A DNA stretch of 20,632 nucleotides, from contig JBDRFG010000024.1 of the NCBI GenBank assembly GCA_043819135.1, forward strand, positions 1 to 20,632, read 5' to 3'. The notes below the pieces were generated by a model. The model was not told the DNA's origin. It did not search any database and saw only the letters and a list, made by a program, of their open reading frames with translations. A program made the translations under genes and the position numbers. Positions 1-9,376 of the stretch are shown here, piece by piece (position 1 is the stretch's first letter; each line of letters begins with the position of its first letter). This stretch comes from Candidatus Eiseniibacteriota bacterium. GTDB taxonomy: Bacteria; Joyebacterota; Joyebacteria; Joyebacterales; Joyebacteraceae.

Positions 1-1242
1 GCCGACTCGTTTGTACAGGTCGAACGCCTCGTCGACGCGCATCTCGTAGTCGGCCGCGTCCCCGCCGGTCTCGTGGTGCCCGATGATGGCGACGCCCTTC
101 TCGCGCCCGTAGCGCACCACCCCTTCCAGATCGAAGTCGTCATAGGGCGTCACGTAGTCGAACGCGCCCCTGGCGCCCCACCTGTCCCAGCCGGTGTTCC
201 ATCCCTCGATCAGAACGGCGTCGAGCCCGTGCGCGGCCGCGAAGTCGACGTAGCGCTTCGCGTTCTCCGTCGTCGCACCGTGCGTCGGGCCCACGTGCCA
301 CGACTCCTTACCGATGTGCAGACTCCACCAGATGCCCGCGTACTTCATTGGCCGTATCCAGGACGTGTCCTCGATGACGCACGGGTCGTTCAGGTTGAGC
401 ATCAAGTGCGATTCCACCAGGTCGCCCGGGCTCTCCCCGATCTGGATGGTCCGCCAGGGCGTGGCCAGCGGCGTGCGTCCGATGACCTTGACGCCGTCCG
501 GCCATGGTACGAGGTCCGCGCGAAGCGCGTTGGGGACTCCGTCCTCGGGCACGAGCGTCATCGCGGAGTAGTCGGTCAGGTTAGCCTCGTGGACGCTGAC
601 GTAGAGCCCCTCGGACGTGGCCATGGTCACGGGCGTGTTCGCGCCCTCGACGGCCGACAGCGGCGTCTCCCGGAAAAGGTGCTCGTAGCTGTCGTAGTCG
701 TTCGGGATCCACCAGACCGTGTGGTCTCCGGCGAACCGGAAGGTGGTCTCCTCCGAGACGATGTCGATGGCTCCCAGGTTCTGCTGCTCCGGAAGCACGT
801 AGCGGAAACCCACCCCGTCGTCGAAGACCCGGAAGATGAGGGTCATCATCCGCCCGAGCCCCCCCGCCTCCCTCAGCCGGACCTCGAGTTCGTTGCAGCG
901 GTTCGTCACCTCGGCGGCACTTCCCCAGACGGGCTCCCACGTCTCGTCGATGGTGTCCCGCTCGATCCCGGCCACGACGAAACCTCCCGTCAGCGGCGGG
1001 TCGTCCTTGAACCGGAACCCCAGCGTCGACGGCTGGATGACGGGCCGGCCGTCGCGCGTGATCGAGTAGGCGGGCACTCCCGCCGAGAGCTCAATGGCTA
1101 CCTCCACGCGGCCGTCGGGTGACAGGACAGTCTCGGTCGAGTCGGGCGCGGCGTCGGCATTGAGTGCTGCCGTCAAAGCAATCGCTCCTGTAAGCAGTAT
1201 GGTGGCAAGTAGAGAGAAGGGCGTTGCGTGGGTCCGTGGCAT
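1..1242 (-). CDS. Glycoside hydrolase family 97 (SusB-like alpha-glucosidase/alpha-galactosidase), secreted, 3' end beyond the left edge; absent from ORF track
   Basis: Manual translation from ATG 1242 (SD GGAGGAG upstream): signal peptide MPRTHATPFSLLATILLTGAIALTAALNA, then VLSPDGRV, FRVFDDGVGFRY, TPWRTIQIG, LNLNDP, DTSWIRPMKYAGIWWSLH, HGATTENAKRYVDFAA, VLIEGWNTGW, IIGHHETGG. These are typical GH97 motifs. The frame is open to position 1. Confidence 0.92.
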   Translation of the reverse strand, partial: MPRTHATPFSLLATILLTGAIALTAALNADAAPDSTETVLSPDGRVEVAIELSAGVPAYSITRDGRPVIQPSTLGFRFKDDPPLTGGFVVAGIERDTIDETWEPVWGSAAEVTNRCNELEVRLREAGGLGRMMTLIFRVFDDGVGFRYVLPEQQNLGAIDIVSEETTFRFAGDHTVWWIPNDYDSYEHLFRETPLSAVEGANTPVTMATSEGLYVSVHEANLTDYSAMTLVPEDGVPNALRADLVPWPDGVKVIGRTPLATPWRTIQIGESPGDLVESHLMLNLNDPCVIEDTSWIRPMKYAGIWWSLHIGKESWHVGPTHGATTENAKRYVDFAAAHGLDAVLIEGWNTGWDRWGARGAFDYVTPYDDFDLEGVVRYGREKGVAIIGHHETGGDAADYEMRVDEAFDLYKRVG

Positions 1243-1244
1243 CG

Positions 1245-2129
1245 CTACTCCTCCCCGACGTCGGGTCCCAGTCCCAGCCGGTCCAGCACGAAGGCGTACT
1301 CGAACGCCCATTCCTTGAACCTCTCGTAGCGCCCTGAGGCGCCCCCGTGTCCCGCGCCCATGTTCGTCCTGAGTAGCAGCAGGTTGTCGCCGGTCTTGTG
1401 CGCGCGCAGCTTCGCCGTCCACTTCGCGGGCTCCCAGTACTGGACGCGCGGGTCGTTCAGACTCGCGGTCACGAGCATGTCCGGGTAGTCGAGCGCGCCG
1501 ACGTTGTCGTACGGCGAGTAGCTCTTCATATAGAAGTAGTACTCTTCCTCGTTGGGGTTCCCCCACTCGTCGTACTCGCCCACCGTGAGCGGTATGGACG
1601 CGTCGAGCATCGTGTTGAGCACGTCCACGAACGGGACGTCCGCGACGATGATCCTGTAGAGGTCGGGGCGCATGTTCGCGATGGCGCCCATCAGGAGGCC
1701 GCCGGCGCTCCCGCCCGTGGCCACCAGGCCGTCGGGCGTGGCGTATCCTTCACGGACAAGGTGCTCGGAGCACGCGATGAAATCGGTGAACGTGTTCATC
1801 TTGTTTAGCATGCTGCCCTCTTCCCACCACTGCTCGCCCATCTCGCCGCCGCCGCGCACGTGGGCGACGGCGTAGATGACCCCGCGGTCCAGAAGGCTCA
1901 GGCGGTTCGACGAGAACCACGGGTCCATGCTGGAGGCGTACGCGCCGTAGCCCATCAGGTAGACGGGGTTCCCCTCGTCTCGCCTCGCGTCCCGCCTGTA
2001 GAGCACGGAGATGGGCACCTCGGCGCCGTCCGTCGCCGTCGCGAAGAGGCGCTCGGACGCGTAGAGCAATGGGTCGTAGCCTCCCAGCACCTCTCTCTGT
2101 TTGAGGAGTTCCCTGTCGCGCGTGTTCAT
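1245..2129 (-). CDS. ptrB: Oligopeptidase B C-terminal fragment (alpha/beta-hydrolase catalytic domain)
   Basis: 294-aa ORF with intact Ser-Asp-His motifs. There is no obvious SD before ATG 2129, so independent translation is doubtful. Confidence 0.65.
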   Translation of the reverse strand: MNTRDRELLKQREVLGGYDPLLYASERLFATATDGAEVPISVLYRRDARRDEGNPVYLMGYGAYASSMDPWFSSNRLSLLDRGVIYAVAHVRGGGEMGEQWWEEGSMLNKMNTFTDFIACSEHLVREGYATPDGLVATGGSAGGLLMGAIANMRPDLYRIIVADVPFVDVLNTMLDASIPLTVGEYDEWGNPNEEEYYFYMKSYSPYDNVGALDYPDMLVTASLNDPRVQYWEPAKWTAKLRAHKTGDNLLLLRTNMGAGHGGASGRYERFKEWAFEYAFVLDRLGLGPDVGEE

Positions 2130-2138
2130 GTCGTAGTC

Positions 2139-3410
2139 TTAGATGGAGGTCGGCGTCACGTGAGACATGTACGAGAAGCGTATGGTCGCGGTCTCGTATT
2201 CCATGTTCTCGGACGGGTACACGGCGTAGACCGGCTCCGGGAATTCGATGTAGTGTTCTTCTCGCGCGTCCAGTTCCATCACGCGTATGCGCCGCTGCCC
2301 CCTCTCGCGCTCCGCGACGACGAGATGGTTCGCGAACGTCTCCACGCGCTCGATCTTGACGTCGTCTCTGTGGGGTATGACCTCCGTCCAGTTGTCCTTC
2401 GATGGCGCACCAACGGGGGTCTTCATAACCTTGTAGTTCTTCGCTCCGTCGTTCGTCCTGATGTAGAACTCGTTGCCCCGGTGCGGGAGGTAGTATTCGA
2501 TTTTCTTCTCTCTGGGATGGACCAGGGCGAACTCGCCGAACGGATCGTCCGCGCTCAACAGGTATTGCTCCTCCGTGTCCCTGCTGCCGATGTCCATGAT
2601 CAGGAACGCGTCGCTTCTGGTGCGGCTGATCCAGACGCCGTAGCCCGGGTCCTCTTCGTGGTGTATGAGAGCGTCCGCCGACGGGTCGGTTCCGAGAGCA
2701 TGTCTCCAAAGCCTGTCGGATCTTCGCGTCTCGTCCATGGTCGTGTAGAAGAGCGTGTTGCTGTCGTTGGCCCACTCGAGCGCATAGTCGATCTCGGGGA
2801 TGACGTCAGGCAGGAGCTCACCCGTCGTCAGGTCCTTGATGAAGAGCGTGAACGTCTCCGCTCCCGTCGTGTCGACCGAGTACGCCAGCAGCCCGTTGTC
2901 CGGGCTGACCCTCGTCGTCCGGATCTCGAAATAGTCGTGCCCCTCTGAGAGCTGGTTCTGGTCGAGCAGCACGATCTCCTCGCCGTCCAGGCTTCCCTCC
3001 GCGCGGCAGAGGATCGGGTACTGCTGTCCCTCCTCGGTGCGCTCGTAGTAGTAGAAACCGTTGTCGAGATAGGGCACGGAGAGATCCGTCTCCTTGATGC
3101 GTGCCACCATTTCTTCGTAGATGGTCTCCCGGAATCCCTCGATGTGGCGCGTCATGTCCGCGGTGTACTCGTTCTCGGCTTCGAGGTGGGCGATCACCTC
3201 AGGGCTCGACTTGTCCCGCATCCAGCGGTAGTCGTCCACGCGCACGTCGCCGAAGAGCGTGTCGGCCACTGGGATCTTTCGGGCGACAGGTGGCGTCGCT
3301 TCATCGGGCGTCGCGGTCTCCGCGACGCCCGGCGTCGTGGGCGTCAGCATCGTGGCCGCCAGCAGTGTCGCGACCACCGACGCGACGATCGGCATTCTCT
3401 TTCGTGTCAT
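2139..3410 (-). CDS. ptrB: Oligopeptidase B N-terminal fragment (signal peptide plus beta-propeller)
   Basis: 423-aa ORF with S9A N-terminal motifs, ending at the premature TAA. Confidence 0.7.
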   Translation of the reverse strand: MTRKRMPIVASVVATLLAATMLTPTTPGVAETATPDEATPPVARKIPVADTLFGDVRVDDYRWMRDKSSPEVIAHLEAENEYTADMTRHIEGFRETIYEEMVARIKETDLSVPYLDNGFYYYERTEEGQQYPILCRAEGSLDGEEIVLLDQNQLSEGHDYFEIRTTRVSPDNGLLAYSVDTTGAETFTLFIKDLTTGELLPDVIPEIDYALEWANDSNTLFYTTMDETRRSDRLWRHALGTDPSADALIHHEEDPGYGVWISRTRSDAFLIMDIGSRDTEEQYLLSADDPFGEFALVHPREKKIEYYLPHRGNEFYIRTNDGAKNYKVMKTPVGAPSKDNWTEVIPHRDDVKIERVETFANHLVVAERERGQRRIRVMELDAREEHYIEFPEPVYAVYPSENMEYETATIRFSYMSHVTPTSI

Positions 3411-3446
3411 CGTCTCTTCCCTCGGTTGCTCATCACCTGCAGAGGA

Positions 3447-6245
3447 TCACGTCGTTTCGGATCCAGAGAACTCGATCTCCAGTGTGGCTATCTCGTGCGG
3501 TCCGAGCTCGACGCACAAGTCGCGCCCGTCGTCCACGGACAGGCTCGACAGCCGCTCTTCAAGCAGAGTTGTGCGCCAGGCTCCGGACACGTCCGCCCCA
3601 AGCGTGAGCGCCTCGCGGACCGCCGACCCCGTGAGGTTGTACAGTCTGACCACGAGCGTGTCTCTGGTCTCGTGCTTCTTCACCGCAGAAACGCACACGG
3701 CGTCGCTCGTCTTCGAAAGCAGGCCCGTTCCCCCCGGCACGCACTGGTCGCGCACCCCCTGCTTCGTGAGCACCTGCGTTCTGTAGGCGAGCGACAGGTT
3801 CTTGATGCCCGCGGCGATATGGTCGCCCGCGAACGGCACGACCGCGTACCCAAACCTCTGCGCTCCGAGACACTGGGCCTCCGGCGTGTGGATCGTCGGG
3901 CCGGCGTTCCCGCGCCTTGTCACGGCGAAGTCGTCGCGCGAGAGCCACCCCACGCACCGCAGGAGCGTCAGCGCGAGTGTCGCCTCCCCCGTTCCGTCTC
4001 GCGTGGCCTCGATCTCCGGCAGCCCTCGATTGAGGACGGCGACGCCACCTCGGTCATCGGATACAAGCGAGAACTCCTGCTGCGGGTACGTCGTTGGCGG
4101 AGGCTGCACCCACTCCGCGCCGTCGGGCTTGTCGATGGGGCGCTCGCTGACCAGGAAGTGACCGTCGGACAGGACCGTGTCCGTGACCACCGGTGTCGGG
4201 AAGAGCGCTCTCAGCCTGTGGTCCCTCGCCCGGTTCTCGAAGTCCACGTCGACCTCTACCACAGGACTGCCCGTCCTGAGTCTCACGCGGGTCGTCGTGC
4301 GGCACGCGACCGTGTCCGGCCTCCTGTGGTCCCGATTCTTCTCCAGCGCCGACGGCAGGTGCAGGTCGTACCGTACCTCGAGCCGCGCCGACAGACCGGT
4401 GTCCTCGATCACCCGCGTGTCCCCGTAGGTATCCGCGGAGGTCAGCGTCAGCGAGTGGCCGGCGGGTGCATAGTCGTACTCGTCCCCGATGTCCTCCGTG
4501 TCCTCGTACAGGTTGAGGCCGGGGTAGACGCGCCCGGTCTTCTTGTCCTCGATATCGAACGTGCCGTTGTGATGGAGCGTCACCCTCACGAGGTCGTTCT
4601 CGAGCGAGTTCCCGACGACACGAACCGCCCACACGGACGGCGGCCTGTGCGACGATTCATCTCCATCACCGCCGGTCTCCTGCCTGAAGTAGTAGTTGGC
4701 GTGCCCCAGAGCCGGCAGGTCGCGGGCGACGAACTGGACGGTCAGGAAGCAGTCGGATTCGTCTCTCTCTGCCTCGGTCCTGACGATGCGGTCGCCGAAG
4801 TGGTCGAGGTACATCCGGAAGATGTCGCCCTGCCTGCTGGAGAAGAGCTCGCTCCTGTAGTCTATCGCCCAGAACCGCTCGACGTACCTCTTCGACACGA
4901 TTGTGAACGGCACCGAGAGGCCCTCCTCGTCGTACAGATGGAGGCGGTGGCTGTCGATGCCGGGCGGCTGGAACACGACCAGCCGCTCTATCAGCTCGGT
5001 TCGCTTGAAGGGCAGCGGATTGACGACGCAGATGACCGTCTCGGCGTCGTCCGCGGCCTTTCTCGCGAAGGCGGGCGCAAGGTACTCGAGTTCGGCGCTC
5101 AGGAGCTGCTCGCCGGTGTCGCGCACGCCGGCGAAACGCGGCTCCATCTCGCGGTGGACCTCGTCCGTGCTGCAACCGCAGATGGAGTCGTGCGGGTGGT
5201 TCTTCATCAGGAGCTTCCAGGAGTAGTCGATGAGACCGTGCGGGTACGGGCGGTCGAGGAGAAAATGCGAGTACGCGGCGACCGGCTCTACGTAACCGGC
5301 CAGCAGCGTCTGAGCCGCGTCGTTCTGCTGCTTCAGGCGCATGCGCGCGGACCACACGCCGGACAGGATGTGGTGGTACCTCCCGCCGAGCATCTCCCCC
5401 TCGTACGTGCCTTTCGCCGCGCCGGACTCCCGGACGGCGGCTACGTAGTCGCTTACTGTGCCGTGCACGAACTCGACGTTCGGGAACGCCTCCCTCAGAC
5501 TCTTCAGGATCGTTCCGAATCCCTTCTGGGGTGGGTGGTGGTCGCATCCGTTGTTCAGGAGGAGCGCGTCGCAGTTCGTGCGCTTCCCCATCCTCTCAAG
5601 GAGGTCCCCGACCTGCTCGACGGCCCTTTGCGTGTTGATGTCCCGCCGAGTGAGCGCGTGCCACATCTCCTCGAACCCCAGCGCCGAGGCGTTGCAATAG
5701 CCGCCCCACTGGTTGACGGCGAGCACCTCGCTCCCGTCGGGCGCGCGCCACGTGTACTCGAGTCCAAGTTCCTCCAGTTCGTCGCCGTTCCCGCGGGTGT
5801 AGATGAACGAGTCGATGCCGGAGCGCCGCAACAGCTGTGGCATCTGCGCGATGTGCCCGAACGAGTCGGGCATGTAGCCGACCTTCTGCACGGGTCCGAT
5901 GGCGCCGGCGACCGCGTGTCCGACGAGCAGGTTTCTGACGGTCGCCTCCCCGCTCACGAGAAACTCGTCCGGCAGGACGTACCAGGGGCCGATCGACAGC
6001 GCGCCACTGCGCACCAGCGCCTCGATGCGCCCCGCTTCCTCCGGGCGTGCCTCGAGATAGTCCTCCAGGGCCACGCACTGACCGTCCAGCAGGAAGTGCT
6101 CGAACGACTCGTCGTTCTCCAGTGCGTCGAGCACCTGGTCCACCACCCGGACCAGGCTTACCCTGAAGCGGTGGTACGGGAGATACCACTCACGGTCCCA
6201 GTGGGTGTGCGAAACGATGTAGGCTGTTCGTTTCTTCGGTGACAC
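3447..6245 (-). CDS. Glycoside hydrolase family 38 alpha-mannosidase (MngB-like), cytoplasmic, ~932 aa
   Basis: HTHWDREWY (Zn ligands), FLLDGQ, GPWYVLPDEFLVSGE, GYMPDSFGH (nucleophile), NHPHDSICGCSTDEVH, LTLLRCVGWLSRDD. The likely start is GTG 6245 after SD AGGAGA; the track's extension to 6638 overlaps the GH130 gene. Confidence 0.93.
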   Translation of the reverse strand: MSPKKRTAYIVSHTHWDREWYLPYHRFRVSLVRVVDQVLDALENDESFEHFLLDGQCVALEDYLEARPEEAGRIEALVRSGALSIGPWYVLPDEFLVSGEATVRNLLVGHAVAGAIGPVQKVGYMPDSFGHIAQMPQLLRRSGIDSFIYTRGNGDELEELGLEYTWRAPDGSEVLAVNQWGGYCNASALGFEEMWHALTRRDINTQRAVEQVGDLLERMGKRTNCDALLLNNGCDHHPPQKGFGTILKSLREAFPNVEFVHGTVSDYVAAVRESGAAKGTYEGEMLGGRYHHILSGVWSARMRLKQQNDAAQTLLAGYVEPVAAYSHFLLDRPYPHGLIDYSWKLLMKNHPHDSICGCSTDEVHREMEPRFAGVRDTGEQLLSAELEYLAPAFARKAADDAETVICVVNPLPFKRTELIERLVVFQPPGIDSHRLHLYDEEGLSVPFTIVSKRYVERFWAIDYRSELFSSRQGDIFRMYLDHFGDRIVRTEAERDESDCFLTVQFVARDLPALGHANYYFRQETGGDGDESSHRPPSVWAVRVVGNSLENDLVRVTLHHNGTFDIEDKKTGRVYPGLNLYEDTEDIGDEYDYAPAGHSLTLTSADTYGDTRVIEDTGLSARLEVRYDLHLPSALEKNRDHRRPDTVACRTTTRVRLRTGSPVVEVDVDFENRARDHRLRALFPTPVVTDTVLSDGHFLVSERPIDKPDGAEWVQPPPTTYPQQEFSLVSDDRGGVAVLNRGLPEIEATRDGTGEATLALTLLRCVGWLSRDDFAVTRRGNAGPTIHTPEAQCLGAQRFGYAVVPFAGDHIAAGIKNLSLAYRTQVLTKQGVRDQCVPGGTGLLSKTSDAVCVSAVKKHETRDTLVVRLYNLTGSAVREALTLGADVSGAWRTTLLEERLSSLSVDDGRDLCVELGPHEIATLEIEFSGSETT

Positions 6246-6313
6246 GCGTGTCTCCTGTTCAAGCGGTGTCCGGCCCGCGGGTCGCGCCGGGTGGTCGGGA
6301 CTCGCCGGCGCGG

Positions 6314-7279
6314 CTAGTCGTTGCATGCGGCGAGCAGCTCTCCGACCGATGCGGTAGCCAGGCAGACCGATGTGTCGGCGGCGCCGTAGTAGATGAGCGC
6401 TTTGCTCTCGGGGTCCGCGAAACCCTCCACGTCGCACTCCTCCACTATCATGCCGCTTGGGAAGATCACGTTCGGGACCTGGCCGGTCATCTCGTACGGC
6501 TCCCTTGGCTCCAGCATGTTGTTGCGGCTTCGCGCGAGCACCCTCGAGGGATCGTCGAGGTCCAACAGCGCCACGCCCGCCTGGTAGATGCATGCACCCG
6601 CGAGGTGCGTCGCGATGCCGTGGTAGACGAGCAACCATCCCTCCCGCGTCTTGACCGGAGGCGGTCCCGGGCCGATGAGTTCGTCCCAGTAGTGGAGCCT
6701 GCCACGCATGACCGGCGCCACGGGTCGCCAGTTGAGGAGGTCGTCGGACCGCGACAGCACTATCTCATCCCCACTGGTGACTCCGGTCTCGAAGCTCACC
6801 CTGTTGGGCCGGTCGAGACGCGCGTAGCTCCCGTCGATCTTCTCCGGGAACAGCACGCCGTTACGGACGTCGTCCTCGCCGCTCGCCCCCAGGAAGTCGA
6901 TGGTCGTGAAGTCCGCCGTCCGCGCGAGTCCCAGCCGGCAGCCGTGGTCCGTGTCCATGGCGAACATGATGTAGAAGGTGTTCCCGAGCCTGGTGATCCG
7001 GGGGTCGTAGCTGTGGTAGACGGTCCCCCCGAAGCTGTCGATGCCCCGAATCTGTACCACGCGCCTCTCGACCTCGAAGTGCGTTCCGTCGTCGCCCTCG
7101 GCCATCATGAAGAACGTCTCGCGGCCACGCGTCTGTACGCGGAGCATCAGGAGATAGCGCCCCTCGTGCATGACGGCGCCCGGGTTGAACACCGACGTCG
7201 CGTCGACGATCTCGGGCGGGACGTCGGGGACGTCCTCGCGCGTGATTATCGGGTTCTCGGGGCTCCTCGCGAGCGCCAC
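6314..7279 (-). CDS. Glycoside hydrolase family 130 beta-mannoside phosphorylase-like protein
   Basis: SPENPII, SVFNPGA, SYDPRIT (catalytic Asp), RNGVLFPEKIDG, LDRP, GWLLVYHG, LLDLDDPSRV, EPREPYEMTGQVPNVIFPSG, IYYGAADT. GTG start 2 nt after the symporter stop, with SD GGAGGAG. Confidence 0.93.
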   Translation of the reverse strand: MALARSPENPIITREDVPDVPPEIVDATSVFNPGAVMHEGRYLLMLRVQTRGRETFFMMAEGDDGTHFEVERRVVQIRGIDSFGGTVYHSYDPRITRLGNTFYIMFAMDTDHGCRLGLARTADFTTIDFLGASGEDDVRNGVLFPEKIDGSYARLDRPNRVSFETGVTSGDEIVLSRSDDLLNWRPVAPVMRGRLHYWDELIGPGPPPVKTREGWLLVYHGIATHLAGACIYQAGVALLDLDDPSRVLARSRNNMLEPREPYEMTGQVPNVIFPSGMIVEECDVEGFADPESKALIYYGAADTSVCLATASVGELLAACND

Positions 7280-7281
7280 TG

Positions 7282-9297
7282 TTACTCCTCCCGTGCCGTT
7301 GCGTCGACGTGCTCGGCTACGCCGTCATCGTCCGCGTCGCGCTGCATCACCCTGAGCCGACCGAGCATGGCGCCCAGGTCTCTGAAGCCGCCTATCGCAA
7401 ACCAGACGATGACAAACACCGAGACCACCACCTGCACGAAGAAGTAGAACTTCCAGAATCGCGCCCACGCCTCGCTCGGCACGTCGTGGTGCAGATTGTA
7501 GATGGTCCCCACGATGAACACGAGTATCCAGAAGGTCGTGTGGGCGTAGCTCGCTATGTAGATGATGCGGTCGCCCCTCGTGAACTCCTTCCCCATGCCC
7601 AGCACGCGAAGCCCCCTGGACGGGGCAGCGTTGACGACGGTCGTCTCACGGGCCGTGTCGTACCTGCCGCGGTGCAGCAGCCTGTCGAGGTCGAAGGACC
7701 GCCGCTTCCCCAGGAGCGACACGAGCACGTAGAGCACGGCGGACGCCCCCATGGCCATCGCCCAGTACTGCTGGCCGTTGATGTGGTAGAGCCACCTGAG
7801 GACGCTCCACCCGTGTACGGCGATCTGTGACAGGTTCTCGGGCGTTGCGAGGAACATCTCCTCGGGGAGTCTGTGGATGAGAATGCCTCCGACCGCGATG
7901 CTCGAGCCCGTGATGAGCGCAGCCCACGCGGCGGGCGCGGTGCCCCGTTTCCAGTAGAGCCCCCCGATGATGACGGCGCCCGAGCCTCCGGCGAAGATGG
8001 CGCCGGTGATCGCGAAGAAGAGGAAGATGTACTCGCTCTGCTGGAACAGGAGACTGAAGAAGAAGATAAAGACGGCCACGCCGAAGATGGACCACCGGAG
8101 CAGTCGCAGGTGCTGTTTCTGCGAGAATCGCTTCTTCCTGAACGGCATGACGACGTCCTGAATGAAGATGCTGCCCCACGAATGCAGGTAGGTGTCGTGC
8201 GTGCTGATGAAGGCGGCCAGCATGACGGCGGCGAACGCTCCCATCAGCCCCGCCGGAAGCAGTCGCGCGAGCACCAGCGGACCCCTCATCTGGCTCTGGA
8301 TGGCCTCGTTGCCGACACCGGATATTGCGCTCTCTACGCCGGCGGCCAGTTGTGAGAAGTCGGGGTGGTGCATTACCGTGTAGATGATGATGGGCACGAA
8401 CAGCAGGAAGAGCCCCTGTGGGAACCCGCGCCAGTTGCCCAGCACGCTGCCCATCTTGGCCTCGTGCGCACTCACCGCGGAGCTGTTGTAGGCCTGCGTG
8501 CCCTGCCACGACATGGCGCCGTAGAGGACGCCGACGATGCCTATCAGGAAGTACCAGAGATTGAAGTCCTCGATGTGGCTCGTCTTGAACGGGTTTATGA
8601 GCGACGCTTCCTGTGGCGCCGCTGCCAAGGCCTCGACAATCTGTGTCCAGTCGACCTGGAGGAACAGGTAGAGAACGATGGCCACAAAGACGACGTTGAC
8701 GAAGAGCCCCTGCGCGAAATCGGTGATGATGACGGCAACCTGTCCGCCGGAGAAGACGAAGAAGAGCGCGATACCCAAGAGCACGATCATGACGAGTGGG
8801 AAGGTCGGCATGGCCAGGCCGAAGAACCCGACGGCCGCCGGGAGGCCGCAGAAGTGAATGAAGAAACGCGCCCCGACTGCCGGGAAGATGCCGAAGTTGA
8901 TCAACCCCGACAGGAACGCGATGATGCCCGCGAAGACGCGGAACTTCTTGCTGTAACGCGTCTCAAAGAACTGCGCGAGCGTCAGCGCCCGCGTCTGCCG
9001 GAAGCGATAGATGACCCAGCCGGAGACAGTGATGATGAGAATGACCACGCTCATCGTGAAGCCCCACCACGTCATCGAGAACCCGGCGATGTAGTTCATC
9101 TCCAGGAGGCCGACGATGGTGATGGCGCCTAAGCCCGCGATGCCGGCGGCCATGCTGATGAGGTAACGGCCGGCAGTTCTGCCCGCCGCCAGGAAATCGG
9201 CAACGCTCCTCATGTAGCCGCGACTCAGAAGAACGCCGCCGACCAGCACACCGAGCACGACGAAGAGGATCGTCCAATCTACGGGCGCCATGTTCAC
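7282..9297 (-). CDS. Sodium:solute symporter (SSS/SLC5 family), probably a sugar or oligosaccharide importer
   Basis: Many hydrophobic TM segments; DFLAAGR, TLAQFFETRYS, SGGQVAVIITDFAQG, LPAGLMGAFAAVMLAAFIST, GLYWKRGT. Start is most likely GTG 9297 (SD AGGAG) or ATG 9291; the track's 9366 start is less likely. Confidence 0.9.
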   Translation of the reverse strand: MNMAPVDWTILFVVLGVLVGGVLLSRGYMRSVADFLAAGRTAGRYLISMAAGIAGLGAITIVGLLEMNYIAGFSMTWWGFTMSVVILIITVSGWVIYRFRQTRALTLAQFFETRYSKKFRVFAGIIAFLSGLINFGIFPAVGARFFIHFCGLPAAVGFFGLAMPTFPLVMIVLLGIALFFVFSGGQVAVIITDFAQGLFVNVVFVAIVLYLFLQVDWTQIVEALAAAPQEASLINPFKTSHIEDFNLWYFLIGIVGVLYGAMSWQGTQAYNSSAVSAHEAKMGSVLGNWRGFPQGLFLLFVPIIIYTVMHHPDFSQLAAGVESAISGVGNEAIQSQMRGPLVLARLLPAGLMGAFAAVMLAAFISTHDTYLHSWGSIFIQDVVMPFRKKRFSQKQHLRLLRWSIFGVAVFIFFFSLLFQQSEYIFLFFAITGAIFAGGSGAVIIGGLYWKRGTAPAAWAALITGSSIAVGGILIHRLPEEMFLATPENLSQIAVHGWSVLRWLYHINGQQYWAMAMGASAVLYVLVSLLGKRRSFDLDRLLHRGRYDTARETTVVNAAPSRGLRVLGMGKEFTRGDRIIYIASYAHTTFWILVFIVGTIYNLHHDVPSEAWARFWKFYFFVQVVVSVFVIVWFAIGGFRDLGAMLGRLRVMQRDADDDGVAEHVDATAREE

Positions 9298-9316
9298 GAG
9301 ATCCTCTCCTTGGTCC

Positions 9317-9364
9317 GGTGTGTCGGTCACGCTCGGCCGTGTGGTGCGTCGGTCACGCTCGGCC
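9317..9364. repeat. Intergenic direct repeat, 2 x 22 bp (17-bp perfect core GTCGGTCACGCTCGGCC), period 26 bp
   Basis: GGTGtGTCGGTCACGCTCGGCC at 9317-9338 and GGTGcGTCGGTCACGCTCGGCC at 9343-9364. Confidence 0.85.
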
Positions 9365-9376
9365 ACCCGGGCCGGT

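Larger units (their letters stand above)
1245..3410 (-). pseudogene. ptrB: Oligopeptidase B (S9A prolyl oligopeptidase family) with signal peptide, interrupted by one in-frame TAA at 2139-2141
   Basis: ORFs 2139..3410 and 1245..2129 share a frame; the junction reads VTPTSI*DYDMNTR. N part: DDYRWMRD, HLEAENEY, RIKETDLSVP, beta-propeller. C part: GYGAY, HVRGGGEMG, GGSAGG (Ser), NDPRVQYWEPAKW (Asp), AGHGGASGR (His). Pseudogene versus sequencing error cannot be decided from the sequence. Confidence 0.85.

Noticed and set aside
2139..2141. Stop-codon reassignment, selenocysteine or pyrrolysine in ptrB
   Set aside because: The codon is TAA, not TGA or TAG; TAA ends the symporter gene; no other recognised gene has an internal stop.
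1245..3410. Oligopeptidase B as the protease releasing the K/R-flanked 15-mers
   Set aside because: It lies ~15 kb away in the divergent sugar cluster, is interrupted, and OpdB acts on short peptides; nothing links it to the repeat gene.
3144..6242. 1032-aa plus-strand ORF and similar long antisense ORFs (73-1122, 10449-12185, 14770-16527)
   Set aside because: Antisense to clearly recognisable genes, with no domain motifs; expected from high-GC codon bias.
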